A DNA stretch of 62,373 bases, the filler included, from a bacterium (GTDB taxonomy: Bacteria > JALSQH01), in assembly GCA_026985515.1 (NCBI GenBank). It is 6 parts of 6 records of this genome, joined end to end, with 100 filler letters (N's around TTAATTAATTAA, not from the genome) between each part and the next. Parts side by side here need not be neighbours in the genome. Positions count along the whole stretch, not along the records: positions 1 to 12,051 come from JALSQH010000257.1; positions 12,152 to 23,091 come from JALSQH010000258.1; 4 more parts are not named here. One strand, 5' to 3'. This document shows, piece by piece, positions 8,778 through 18,617 of the stretch. Below the pieces are notes generated by a model that was not told the DNA's origin, searched no databases, and worked only from the letters and a program-made list of their open reading frames with translations. The position numbers and the translations under genes were made by a program. How positions within the stretch are numbered: the stretch's first letter is position 1; each line of letters starts with the position of its first letter.

Positions 8778-10541
8778 CTACACCGCAGGCTTGAGGTAGA
8801 ATTGTCTCTGGAGTTTTTCCATAAGTTCCTCCACAAGAAGTGTGTCACTGCAGTGGAATCCCTTCAATTCATTATCATCTTTCCAGAAAAAGTAAAGGTA
8901 ACTTCCCCATCTTGTCAGGAATAGAACAAACCCTGTTTTCCCAAGATTTTCATCCACGGCAGATATGAGAAACTTACCGCTGTATCCCCTTTTTCTTACC
9001 GGTGAGAGGTGAGAGGTGAAAAAATATACCGGAAAGTTCCTGTCATTTCCTGCATCCAGGTATTTTTCCACAATTTCGTTCAGGTGTTCTTCTTCCATCC
9101 AGGGGAGATTGATATACCCAATTCCTCTGTTCCCCGGGATACACATTTCTCTGAAGAAAGCAGAGAGCATTTCTTCTAATGTTGCTGGATCTGATTCGAA
9201 ATAACGGGGGGCCAGCGTCAGACCATTTCTGCTTTTATCCCGCATGATGGAATTCCTGAGCATCTCCACACTTTCAAAAAATCGGAGATTGGTGATGTTG
9301 TACCTGAAAAAAGGGGTGAAAGCCGGATCTATGCCTCTTATCAGAACCTCCTCAATTTCGCTCCACCGATACCCACTTACGGGATAGGAAGCAATATTGT
9401 ACCTCACTACAAATTCTCCAGTTTTTTCACCATGAGTAAAAACTGAATGGGTTTTTAAAATATTTTTGAATCTTCTCAGAAAAAAAATAGCTCCCATGTA
9501 ATCGGTATTCGTAAGTATAATCAGGTAGGTGTTTTCCCCCATTTCTCCAATGATATCGCTTGCTCTCAGAGTGGATGTGATGGTATTCACCACTCTGTTC
9601 CATCTCTTTTCAGCCACATCTCCAAAAATTTCTGATAATGCATCTGCATTTTCAAGTTTGAAAATGAGAAAGGAAAGTGGTGTTGAATATCTCTGTGCCT
9701 GAGAAAGATTCCTGCTGATAAATTCATGAAGTACTTCTTTGTTCAGGATTCCTCTCTTTGAGTATGTTGCCTGTTCTCTCTTTTTGTAAAAATATTTCAG
9801 ACTGTTAAAAAGGGCAATGGAGATATTTTCTCCATACAGATTGAGTTTTTTAAGTTGCCACTCTTTGAGATTTTTTTTAAATCTTATTAATCCAAAGATC
9901 TTCCCTTTGAAACTCAGAGGAAGAATAATCTCATTTTCAAACCTGGCAGGTACCGGTCTCTGAGGAATCTGGTCCTTTTTAATCTGCAACTTTTGATGTT
10001 TTACCGGGTATCCTCTGAAACCTGTAAGATTGAGTGTTTTTTCGTCAAAGTCGTAGAGCCATATTTCAACAGGATTTTCTCCAAGCTCCAGTTCAAGGAA
10101 ATCAAGAATTTCTTCTGTTTTGATGTCGGGATCCGTGATCTCCATCAGTCTTAATGTTTTTTTCGTTTCCAGAAGTGTATTGTAATATTCGATGCTTTCT
10201 TTTACTGCTCTGTTCACTTCACTCTTAATTTTCAAAATATTCACCATCTTCTGAATGGCTATTTCAAATTCATTTTCATCTGCCGGCAGGATAACATATT
10301 CGAAGTTCTCCGTTCTGCCCCTTTTTAAGATCTTTTTTAGATTATCAAGTGTCCCTGCATAAATAATTGGTGTGTTATCCAGCTTGAGATTTTCTGATAC
10401 TGGTGACTCTATGTCAACAACAGCAATATCAGGATCTTCTTCTGCTACCTTCAGATCAAATTTTTTCGCTATTTTCTCAACAGTTGATGTGATAGCAATA
10501 TTATCTGAGTAGATGGAAATTTTCAGGTCACTCTTCTTCAT
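8778..10541 (-). CDS. REC-like/GAF-like/degenerate GGDEF domain protein
   Basis: AQRYSTPLSFLIFKL...LRASDIIGEMGENTYLIIL...NIASYP matches the GGDEF fold with a non-canonical active site. Confidence 0.75.
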   Translation of the reverse strand: MKKSDLKISIYSDNIAITSTVEKIAKKFDLKVAEEDPDIAVVDIESPVSENLKLDNTPIIYAGTLDNLKKILKRGRTENFEYVILPADENEFEIAIQKMVNILKIKSEVNRAVKESIEYYNTLLETKKTLRLMEITDPDIKTEEILDFLELELGENPVEIWLYDFDEKTLNLTGFRGYPVKHQKLQIKKDQIPQRPVPARFENEIILPLSFKGKIFGLIRFKKNLKEWQLKKLNLYGENISIALFNSLKYFYKKREQATYSKRGILNKEVLHEFISRNLSQAQRYSTPLSFLIFKLENADALSEIFGDVAEKRWNRVVNTITSTLRASDIIGEMGENTYLIILTNTDYMGAIFFLRRFKNILKTHSVFTHGEKTGEFVVRYNIASYPVSGYRWSEIEEVLIRGIDPAFTPFFRYNITNLRFFESVEMLRNSIMRDKSRNGLTLAPRYFESDPATLEEMLSAFFREMCIPGNRGIGYINLPWMEEEHLNEIVEKYLDAGNDRNFPVYFFTSHLSPVRKRGYSGKFLISAVDENLGKTGFVLFLTRWGSYLYFFWKDDNELKGFHCSDTLLVEELMEKLQRQFYLKPAV

Positions 10542-10860
10542 CTTTACCGGTGAAAAGGAAACTAATTATTAAAACACCTGCTATAACTCCAAGTGCATCT
10601 GCAAGCCAGTCACCGAAGGAGCAACTTCTGAAAGGAACAAAACTCTGATGGATTTCATCAGTAACAGCGTACAGCATCCCGATAATTATAGCAGGAATTT
10701 CATTTTCTGGTAAGGAGAGGGAGAGAGTTACACCAAAAATCATATAGAGAAAAAAGTGAATAATTTTATCGGTGCCGTGAGGTAATGGTGCAAGTTTCTG
10801 GCCGGGGATTGATGAAAGGTAAAAAATGAGCGCAGCGTAAAAAAATGAAACAATTCCCCA
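10528..10860 (-). CDS. VanZ-family membrane protein; start codon unresolved
   Basis: Frame continues upstream of the ORF-track start as WGIVSFFYAALIFYLSSIPG...DKIIHFFLY, then YAVTDEIHQSFVPFR...DWLADALG. Confidence 0.85.
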   Translation of the reverse strand, partial: WGIVSFFYAALIFYLSSIPGQKLAPLPHGTDKIIHFFLYMIFGVTLSLSLPENEIPAIIIGMLYAVTDEIHQSFVPFRSCSFGDWLADALGVIAGVLIISFLFTGKDEEE

Positions 10861-10862
10861 TT

Positions 10863-12295
10863 TTAAATTGAACCGCTTTTTATCCCTTCCCGTATCGCTT
10901 CTCCTTTCAGAGAATTCTGATATGCTTCGGTGATCCTGACCTTAATGATCTGCCCTATCATGGATCTATCACCGGGGAAATTGACTATCCTGTTACAGGG
11001 AGTTCTTCCCATCATTTCATCAGGATTTTTTTTGCTTACCCTTTCAACCAGGACTTCCTGGACAGTTCCCACCTTTTCCATGTTTTTTTCAAGTGTGATT
11101 TTTCTCTGTAATTCCTGGAGAATTTCCAGCCTTCTCTGAGCCACTTCTGATGGCACTCTGTCGGGGAGCGAGGCTGCCTTTGTGAATGGCCGTGGAGAGT
11201 ATTTGAAGGAGAAAAAGTTATCATATCTTATCTTCTCCACAGCTTTCAGTGTATCCTCAAAATCGCTCTCTGTTTCACCGGGGAAGCCCACTATCAGGTC
11301 GGTTGTTAAAGCAATTTCAGGTCTCACTTCCCTCAACTTCCATACAGTTTCAAGATACTGTTCTATGGTGTATTTTCTGTTCATCAATTTCAGGATCCTG
11401 TTTGATCCTGATTGAAGCGGCAGATGGAGATATGGAACGATGTTTTCAAATTCACCGAAGAGTCTTATAACCTCGTCTGTCATATCTTTGGGATGGCTTG
11501 TGATGAATCTGAGACGCAAAACACCGGAAATAGATGCAACTTCTCTCACCAGCCTCGCAAAGTCCCATTCTTCATCACCTTTTTTTCCATAGGAATTTAC
11601 ATTTTGCCCCAGGAGGGTAAAATCTTTGATTCCCATTTGCACAAGATTTTTTACATCTTCTATGATCTCCTGATGAGGTCTTGATATTTCTCTCCCCCTC
11701 ACATAGGGAACAATACAGTATGTACAGAAGTTATCGCAACCCTCCATTATCGTTATATAGGCAGAGACTCCCTCAATCAGAGGAGGCGAAAATTTTACCC
11801 TGAATCGTTCTACAGGATTTTTGAGAAATCCTGTTTTCACAACTCTGCCCTTTTCCTCAATTTCATCCAGAATTTTGTCTATCTGCTGGGTAAAATGTGG
11901 TCCTACAACTGCATCAACATATGGTAGTTTTTTTATGAAACCCTCTCCTATTTGCTGAGCGGTGCACCCGGCAATAATAAGTTTTCCTCTATTTTTTTCT
12001 CGGTACTTTTTCAACCTTCCCGCTGCACTGAACACCTTATGTTCAGGTTTCNNNNNNNNNNNNNNNNNNNNNNNNNNNNNNNNNNNNNNNNNNNNTTAAT
12101 TAATTAANNNNNNNNNNNNNNNNNNNNNNNNNNNNNNNNNNNNNNNNNNNNGACACTGCATGTGTTAATTATCATCACATCCGCATCATCAGGAGTTGAT
12201 GTTACAGAATACCCCTTTGCCTTCAGAATGGATGCCATGATAAGGGAGTCATACTCATTCATCTGACATCCGTAGGTTTCAATGTAAACTTTCAT
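10863..12295 (-). CDS. miaB: tRNA i6A37 methylthiotransferase MiaB, split by an assembly linker
   Basis: TYGCQMN...INTCSV at 12152-12295 continues as KPEHKVFS after the gap; CDNFCTYC radical-SAM motif; C-terminal TRAM domain. Confidence 0.95.
12052..12151. other. Assembly linker (N44-TTAATTAATTAA-N44)
   Basis: Artificial spacer with stops in all frames; miaB continues across it. Confidence 0.98.
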
Positions 12296-12368
12296 ACCAA
12301 TTTTAAGTATATGGAAGAAGTGGATGAAAGCAAAAACAGTGTTTTGCTTGAAGATCTCTTTGGATAGT

Positions 12369-12397
12369 TTGCATGTATTCTTCCAATAAGGTATAAT
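12369..12397 (+). promoter_or_regulatory. Sigma70-type promoter of the Fe-S oxidoreductase gene
   Basis: TTGCAT-17 bp-TATAAT, 46 nt upstream of the ATG at 12443. Confidence 0.7.
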
Positions 12398-12403
12398 GTG
12401 GCT

Positions 12404-12425
12404 GGTATACTGTATAATGTATACA
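12404..12425. promoter_or_regulatory. Candidate repressor operator (7-bp periodic GTATAC repeats)
   Basis: GTATACT-GTATAAT-GTATACA directly downstream of the -10 box. Confidence 0.5.
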
Positions 12426-12442
12426 AAACGGAGGTTTAAAAA

Positions 12443-14551
12443 ATGAGTATATCTCAGGTAATTGGCATTATTTTAATGGTTGCGGCTTTTGGTTACTTCT
12501 TCTGGAATGTGTGGCGACATTATAAGATTGCCATGATGGCAAAGCCTGATGATTCAAGGTTCAACAACTACTGGGAGAGACTGAAGGGATTAATTGTCAC
12601 TGCCTTTACCCAGATCAGGTGTACTAGCAAGAAACCATACTGGCTGGGTGCATGGGAACATTTCTTCCTCTTCTGGGGCTTTGTATTCATCCAGTTTGAG
12701 AGTATCGGAATGATGATTAAAACTGTCTGGCCTTCCTTTTCATGGGAACTAGTATGGGGACCTTCTGTACAGGGTGTTTATGTTTTCTGGGAAGACCTTG
12801 TTAAGACATGGGTTATCCTGATGATAATTGTCTCTCTTATCAGAAGATTCATAATCAGGGAAAAAACCCTTCACAATACTTTTGATGCATTCCTGATTCT
12901 AACATTTATTTTCATAATTGCCTTTACAGGTTATCTGTCCAATGGATATGAGATCTTTGTGGAACATAATGAAGTTACCGCGAAATGGGCAATTATTTCT
13001 CTTCCCGTGTTGAAGGCACTCGGTTACCCATATTCCGAATCTGCAATGGAAGTACTCAATGGTTTTTCTCTGTGGTTACATGTCCTTGTCCTCTATGTGT
13101 TCCTCAATTATCTTCTCTATTCAAAACACATGCATATCCTGGGTCTCTGGCCGAAGATATTTTTCAGGAATCTTGAAGATAACAAACTTAAACTTGAACC
13201 CATTGATTTTGAGGATGAATCCATTGAAAAATGGGGTATAACTCACTGGGAAGAGATTCCATGGACAAGGTTACTGGATGCCTATGCTTGTACCGAGTGC
13301 AACAGGTGTACTGATCAGTGTCCTGCAAATACGACGGGTAAGGTCCTTGCTCCTGGCGATATGATACAGAATCTCAGAAGGATGGTTTTGAAGGAAGGAA
13401 GGGAGGCATACAGAAAAGGTGAACTTCCTCCACAGGAGGAAAGACACGGGCTTGTTCTCAGGAATGAGGAGTTACAGGAGAAATATGGTGGGGAAGTTCC
13501 CCATGAAGCTGATGGAACATGGATTATTCCCGAGGAGGCTCTCTGGCAGTGTACCACCTGTGGTGCATGTATGAATGTGTGTCCTGTTTATAATGAGCAT
13601 CCAATCCACATCATGGAGATGAGAAGATACTTTGTAATGACAGAAGGATCCATGCCTCAGGAACTGGCAAATACCTTTAAAAATATCGAACGGGGTTACA
13701 ACCCCTGGGGTATTGGATACAACAAGAGGGCTGACTGGGCAAAAGATGTTGATATAAAACATATCTCGGAAGTTGAAAATCCCGAGTATCTTTACTTTGT
13801 GGGTTGCGCCGGGTCATTTGATGACAGAGCCATTAAAGTTTCAAAAGCGATGGTTAATATACTCAATGCAGCCGGAATATCCTTTGGTTTTCTTGGAATA
13901 GATGAAGTTTGCTGTGGTGATACGGCAAGAAGGGCGGGTAATGAGTACCTCTTTGACATGCTTGCGGTTCAGAATCTGATGAATTTTGCTACTTACAATG
14001 TGAAAAAGATCATTGTCACATGTCCCCACGGATATCAGACTCTAAAGCATGATTATCCTCAGATTCTTGAAAAATACAGACACCATCCCGAATATAAAGA
14101 GGTGCTTGAAAATTACGAGGGTTTTGAGGTTGTGCATCATACTCAGCTGATAAATGAACTGCTTGCTCAGGGCAAGATTAAACCGAAGAAGGAATTCAAT
14201 AAGAAGGTCACATATCACGATTCATGTTACCTTGGCAGACATAACAACATTTATGAAGAGCCAAGAGCTATCCTTAAAAATCTTGGTGGTAATTACATTG
14301 AACTTGACAGGCATCATGATCTTGCTTTCTGCTGTGGTGCAGGTGGAGGAATGATGTGGGTGGAGGAGAAGGGTGACAGGATCAACTACAACAGAGCCCA
14401 GGAAATTATAAATAAACAGCCTGAAGTCCTGGCTGTTGGATGTCCGTTCTGTATGACAATGCTTGATGATGGTATCAAGTATTACGGAAAGGAAGAGGAA
14501 ATTGAGAGGAAGGATATTGCTGAAATAGTCTGGGAAGCAATCAGTGATTGA
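12443..14551 (+). CDS. Membrane-bound Fe-S oxidoreductase (FadF/HdrD-like: TM domain + 2x[4Fe-4S] + 2 CCG domains)
   Basis: Hydrophobic N-terminal helices, SKHMHI, CTECNRCTDQCP, CTTCGACMNVCP, VCCG, YHDSCYLGR, CCGAGGG, CPFC. Confidence 0.9.
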   Translation: MSISQVIGIILMVAAFGYFFWNVWRHYKIAMMAKPDDSRFNNYWERLKGLIVTAFTQIRCTSKKPYWLGAWEHFFLFWGFVFIQFESIGMMIKTVWPSFSWELVWGPSVQGVYVFWEDLVKTWVILMIIVSLIRRFIIREKTLHNTFDAFLILTFIFIIAFTGYLSNGYEIFVEHNEVTAKWAIISLPVLKALGYPYSESAMEVLNGFSLWLHVLVLYVFLNYLLYSKHMHILGLWPKIFFRNLEDNKLKLEPIDFEDESIEKWGITHWEEIPWTRLLDAYACTECNRCTDQCPANTTGKVLAPGDMIQNLRRMVLKEGREAYRKGELPPQEERHGLVLRNEELQEKYGGEVPHEADGTWIIPEEALWQCTTCGACMNVCPVYNEHPIHIMEMRRYFVMTEGSMPQELANTFKNIERGYNPWGIGYNKRADWAKDVDIKHISEVENPEYLYFVGCAGSFDDRAIKVSKAMVNILNAAGISFGFLGIDEVCCGDTARRAGNEYLFDMLAVQNLMNFATYNVKKIIVTCPHGYQTLKHDYPQILEKYRHHPEYKEVLENYEGFEVVHHTQLINELLAQGKIKPKKEFNKKVTYHDSCYLGRHNNIYEEPRAILKNLGGNYIELDRHHDLAFCCGAGGGMMWVEEKGDRINYNRAQEIINKQPEVLAVGCPFCMTMLDDGIKYYGKEEEIERKDIAEIVWEAISD

Positions 14552-14555
14552 TTCT

Positions 14556-14584
14556 AGGGGGGTTTTTACCCCCCTGATTTCTTT
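14556..14584 (+). terminator. Intrinsic terminator
   Basis: AGGGGGGT-TTTT-ACCCCCCT hairpin followed by a T-rich tract, just after the stop codon. Confidence 0.75.
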
Positions 14585-14679
14585 GTGTTTGCTATTTTTT
14601 CTCTCCACTAATACAGAATTGAGTGGTAGTTTAAAAAGCAGAAAAAATTAGCGAACCAATGCCGAAATAGTCCAAATAC

Positions 14680-14709
14680 AAAAACAGGGGAAATTTATTC
14701 CCCTGTTTT
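14680..14709 (-). terminator. Terminator-like hairpin overlapping the stop of the propeller gene
   Basis: 12-bp perfect inverted repeat AAAACAGGGGAA-ATTTA-TTCCCCTGTTTT. Confidence 0.6.
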
Positions 14710-16393
14710 GAACTGGAAGATTCCTCCCTGATAATCAGTATCGACAAAGGATGAGCAATCGGTGGGATTGCCGTTTTCGGGAATTTTAAAAAGGTTCAGA
14801 AGGCCAAATACAGGTACATAGAGATTCCCATCGGGACCAAGAAATGGTGCGTTGAAACTGTCGTTTGGTATGGGTACACTCCATAACAATTTTCCCGTTT
14901 CCCTGTCAAGACCAACCACTTCGCTGTAGAGATCAGTGGGAATGGGGAAATTACCCTGACCTGTAACAATGGCGTTCATAAAAGTTACTGTACCAACGAC
15001 TATGTTGTTGAGAACAAGGACTGTGGAAGTCCATTCGGTATCCTTGAAGTTTTTGCCGGGTGGCTGTGGAAAATCTGCAGTCCATTTAAAATATGGAGCT
15101 GAATGAGTCTTATCGGGGGGATGGATTGCCACCACTTCAGGTGTAAGATTGTTACCATATTCGTCAACCCCCTGGTTCCAGGCATGTACGACCCCATCTT
15201 CATCCATGGAAACTGAACCGTAGAGAGGCTTGCCTTTTAATTGCATAACCCATGCAGGCTGGCATTCGGGAGGATTGTTCTTGCTCGCTTCATTACATTT
15301 CTCAATGTCTGCCACGACGATTCTTGCTCTTTTGTTCTGGTCAAAATCTGAGACCACCACATATTTGCCATCTGGATCAATTGTCGGTGATGTTCCGCTT
15401 CCGCTGAGGAGTTTCATATACCATGCAAGGGAGAGTTTGATTTTTCCGCTGGAATCTTTTGTGATTTTTATGGCAACCAGTGCACCTGTATCTCCATATC
15501 CATCACCATCCTCATCGGGACCACCACCAACAACGAATAACAGGTCTCCGGTTCCTGCAATTGTATTGTCATTGTATGCACCACTTACACCTATTCCACC
15601 TGTGAAAAATGTTTTTATGTTTTCTGAATTGATTTCATCGCCAATAACTCTTTTAAGCCTGCATTCGAGATATTTGGGAAGTTGCTGAGGTGTGGAGGTC
15701 ACTTCTTCAGGTTTCAGTGGTCGGAGATTGGTTTCCTGCGTTATACTGTAGTAGGCAACAATTTTTCCATTGTCCCTGTCAAGTAGAACTACGATTCCAT
15801 CAGAAGTTGCTGTTGCTACAAATCCCTGAGGGGTAAAGTGGACTCCAAGGGGAGGCCTGTAGGAGGAAAGAGGAGGATTCCTAAGATTTTCAAAGGATGT
15901 ATGCCATCGCAAGTTCCCATTTTATCAAAGGAGTAGACACCGTCAGGTTTTTCATTGAATCCATCTGCAACATAAATGTTTTCTTCATTGTCAAGTTCCG
16001 GAGAACTTCCAAGTACACCAGGAGAGAGAATTTCCGGATCCTTTGTAAGATAGTGTTCACTTCCATCATCAATGTTGACATACCAGAGCTTGCATCCTGA
16101 GTATCTTGTCACAACGGTGTAAACCCTGCTTTTTGAAACTGCGGCCATATTGAAGATCAACCTGTCCTTCAATGCGTGCCATCCTGGTACAGGAGCCGTT
16201 GTTGGACCTGGACAAGATATCCTCTCATGTTGTATTCGTTGGCGTGAATCCCTGGATAGGGTGATTTGAGATATGGGTAGTTCTGGTTAACAAGGCAGAC
16301 AGAGTAGGATTTGTGAGTGGTCACCTTTTTTGTTTCATTCTTACAGGCGGAGAAGAGAAAGAGGATTAAAGGAGGAATTACAAATTTTTTCAT
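14695..16393 (-). pseudogene. PQQ-like beta-propeller lipoprotein (~566 aa if repaired) broken by two single-base deletions; sequencing error or recent pseudogene
   Basis: Lipobox FSAC. ORFs 16169-16393, 15816-16172 and 14695-15912 join in frame if one base is restored at ~16228 and one at 15920-15923. LDRETGKLLWS-type blades. Confidence 0.75.
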
Positions 16394-16411
16394 GCTGCCC
16401 TCCCAAAAGTT

Positions 16412-18535
16412 TTATTTTATGATCAGTGCATCAAGTACCAGTGGCTCTCCATTGACTGTAACAGTTGGGTTCATGTCTATTTCTCTTATTTCGGGGAAGT
16501 TTATGGCAAGGTAACTCAGTTTTACCAGAATATCAGCCATTTTTTTCACATTCACGGGGGGAAATCCTCTCATTTCACCAAGTATTTTTCTTGATCTGAT
16601 TGAGTTTATCATTTCAATTGTATCTTCCTCTGTCAGTGGAGCGCAACCTGTGACAGTATCCCCCAGCACTTCAGTGTAAATTCCTCCCAGTCCAAACATT
16701 ATGCATGGTGGAAATCCTTTTCTTCTGGTCATCCCTACCAGAAACTCCCTTTCAAATTTCACCATTGGGGCAACAAGTACATCATATTCTGGATGCTGTG
16801 ACTTTATTTTTCTGAATATCTCCCTCACTTCGGAGTTGTTTTTCACATTCAGGAAAACCATACCCTCCTCAGTCTTATGCTGTAGATCAGGGTGGTTTCC
16901 TTTTAGAACAACAGGATAGCCAATCTTTTCTGCATGTTCAATTGCCTCAAGTGATGTGGTTGCCAGATATTCTTCCGGAACGGGTATGCCATAGGATTTC
17001 AGTAGCAGTTTTGCGTGATATTCATCAAACTTATCAACACTTTTAAATATCTTCTCTGCCATCATGGGTGGTGGGGGAACAGTTTCTGGAAGTGGAGGGA
17101 AATTTCTGGATTTTATTTTGCTGTAATGATAGAGGGTTATAAGAGAGTTTGCAGCTTTTTCCGGGGAATCCATTACGGGTATATCCCTCTTCATAAGTTC
17201 CGAGACGGCATGATCTTCATGATCCATAAAAGATGAAACTACCACGGGTATTCCATACTTTTTTGGAATTGATGCCAGAAACTCCACATCTGCCATAAAT
17301 ACTTTTTCAAATTCTTCATACGGAATGGCAATAAATTTTTTAAGAAGGTTATAAACAGGTCTCATAAATCCCGTATCCATAACACCATGTTCAAGGATAG
17401 CGTCCACCTCACCACTTTCAGCAACAAGCTGAGGAAGAGTTTTCCCCATTAGTTCACTTTCTATGGCAAAGGTGATATCAATGGGGTTCTTACTGCTCCC
17501 GTGTGGTGGAATAAGTGGCCTGATCCTGCTCTGAAGAGATTCTGAGAAAAGGGGTACATCCATTCCACCCCTTGTAACTGTATCTGCCATTGCAGTTGCA
17601 GGACCCCCCGAATTGCTTATAATTCCCACTCTTTTACCCCGTGGTACCGGCTGGGTGGCAAGAACCCATCCTTTGTAATAGAGTTCTTCAACTGAATAGA
17701 CTCTTATGATTCCTGCCTGTCTGAAAATTGCGTCATAAAAACTATCTGGTCCAGCCATCGCCCCTGTGTGGCTGGCCCCTGATCTTGCTCCTCCTGTGCT
17801 TCCTCCCACATACTGGGCGATAATGGGTTTTTCTCTAATTATTGTTCTTGCTATTCTCAGAAAATTTTCAGGATCTCTTACAGCTTCAATGTAAATGGCT
17901 ATGGCTCTTGTGTCAGGGTCGCTCCCGAGATATTCAAGGGCGTCATTTATGCAGATGTCAGTGGAATTTCCGAGGCTTATGGCCTTGCTGAACTTGATAC
18001 CTTTTTTGTGGAGATAAATGAGTGACTGTGTAACATAGGTGCCGCTCTGGGATATCAGTCCCAGTTTCCCGTTTCTATCATACATTGGAAGAACCGTTAC
18101 ATTGAGGGGAAGATGGGAATTGATCACTCCCATGCAGTTTGGACCAACAAATCTGATTCCATACTTTTTAGCCGTCTCCAGAAGTTTCTGTTCCAGTTTT
18201 GCACCCTCCTCACCTGTTTCCCTGAAACCTGCGGTGATGATTATTGCATGTTTTGTGCCAATCTTACCAAACTCTTCAAAAACAGGGAGAAGGTTTTTTG
18301 CAGGAATGATAAAAATTGCCAGGTCGGGTACATCAGGTAAATCAGAGGGACTTTTGTAAGCCGGCTGTCCAAGAACCTGTTTCTCCCTGTGGTGTATGAT
18401 GTGAACTTTCCCCCTGTAACCACTGTTTATTATGTTAAGATAGTGCATTGTGCCCATCTTTGTAATGTCGTTGCTAACTCCTACAACAGCAATACTTTCA
18501 GGGTTAAAAATTTTGTGTAAAGCCTCTTTTGACAT
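16412..18535 (-). CDS. ADP-forming acyl/acetate-CoA ligase (alpha-beta fusion)
   Basis: FNPESIAVVG, GPNCMG, SQSG, phospho-His ASHTG, NSGG, NPID, C-terminal ATP-grasp (HKT, FGLGGIYTE, DMNP). ATG at 18535 fits the RBS spacing. Confidence 0.92.
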   Translation of the reverse strand: MSKEALHKIFNPESIAVVGVSNDITKMGTMHYLNIINSGYRGKVHIIHHREKQVLGQPAYKSPSDLPDVPDLAIFIIPAKNLLPVFEEFGKIGTKHAIIITAGFRETGEEGAKLEQKLLETAKKYGIRFVGPNCMGVINSHLPLNVTVLPMYDRNGKLGLISQSGTYVTQSLIYLHKKGIKFSKAISLGNSTDICINDALEYLGSDPDTRAIAIYIEAVRDPENFLRIARTIIREKPIIAQYVGGSTGGARSGASHTGAMAGPDSFYDAIFRQAGIIRVYSVEELYYKGWVLATQPVPRGKRVGIISNSGGPATAMADTVTRGGMDVPLFSESLQSRIRPLIPPHGSSKNPIDITFAIESELMGKTLPQLVAESGEVDAILEHGVMDTGFMRPVYNLLKKFIAIPYEEFEKVFMADVEFLASIPKKYGIPVVVSSFMDHEDHAVSELMKRDIPVMDSPEKAANSLITLYHYSKIKSRNFPPLPETVPPPPMMAEKIFKSVDKFDEYHAKLLLKSYGIPVPEEYLATTSLEAIEHAEKIGYPVVLKGNHPDLQHKTEEGMVFLNVKNNSEVREIFRKIKSQHPEYDVLVAPMVKFEREFLVGMTRRKGFPPCIMFGLGGIYTEVLGDTVTGCAPLTEEDTIEMINSIRSRKILGEMRGFPPVNVKKMADILVKLSYLAINFPEIREIDMNPTVTVNGEPLVLDALIIK

Positions 18536-18617
18536 ACCTGTCAACTCCTTTTACAGTTTAGTTTATTTTAACAGATGTTAATGGGAAAGAGAAGGGAAAA
18601 GTATTATTCAGGCCCCT

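Noticed and set aside
15920..16228. Programmed ribosomal frameshifting in the propeller gene
   Set aside because: No slippery heptamer or stimulatory structure seen; single-base loss is the simpler explanation.
16412..18535. Pat/YfiQ protein acetyltransferase
   Set aside because: No GNAT domain, and the phospho-His (ASHTG) is intact, so it is a true ADP-forming ligase.
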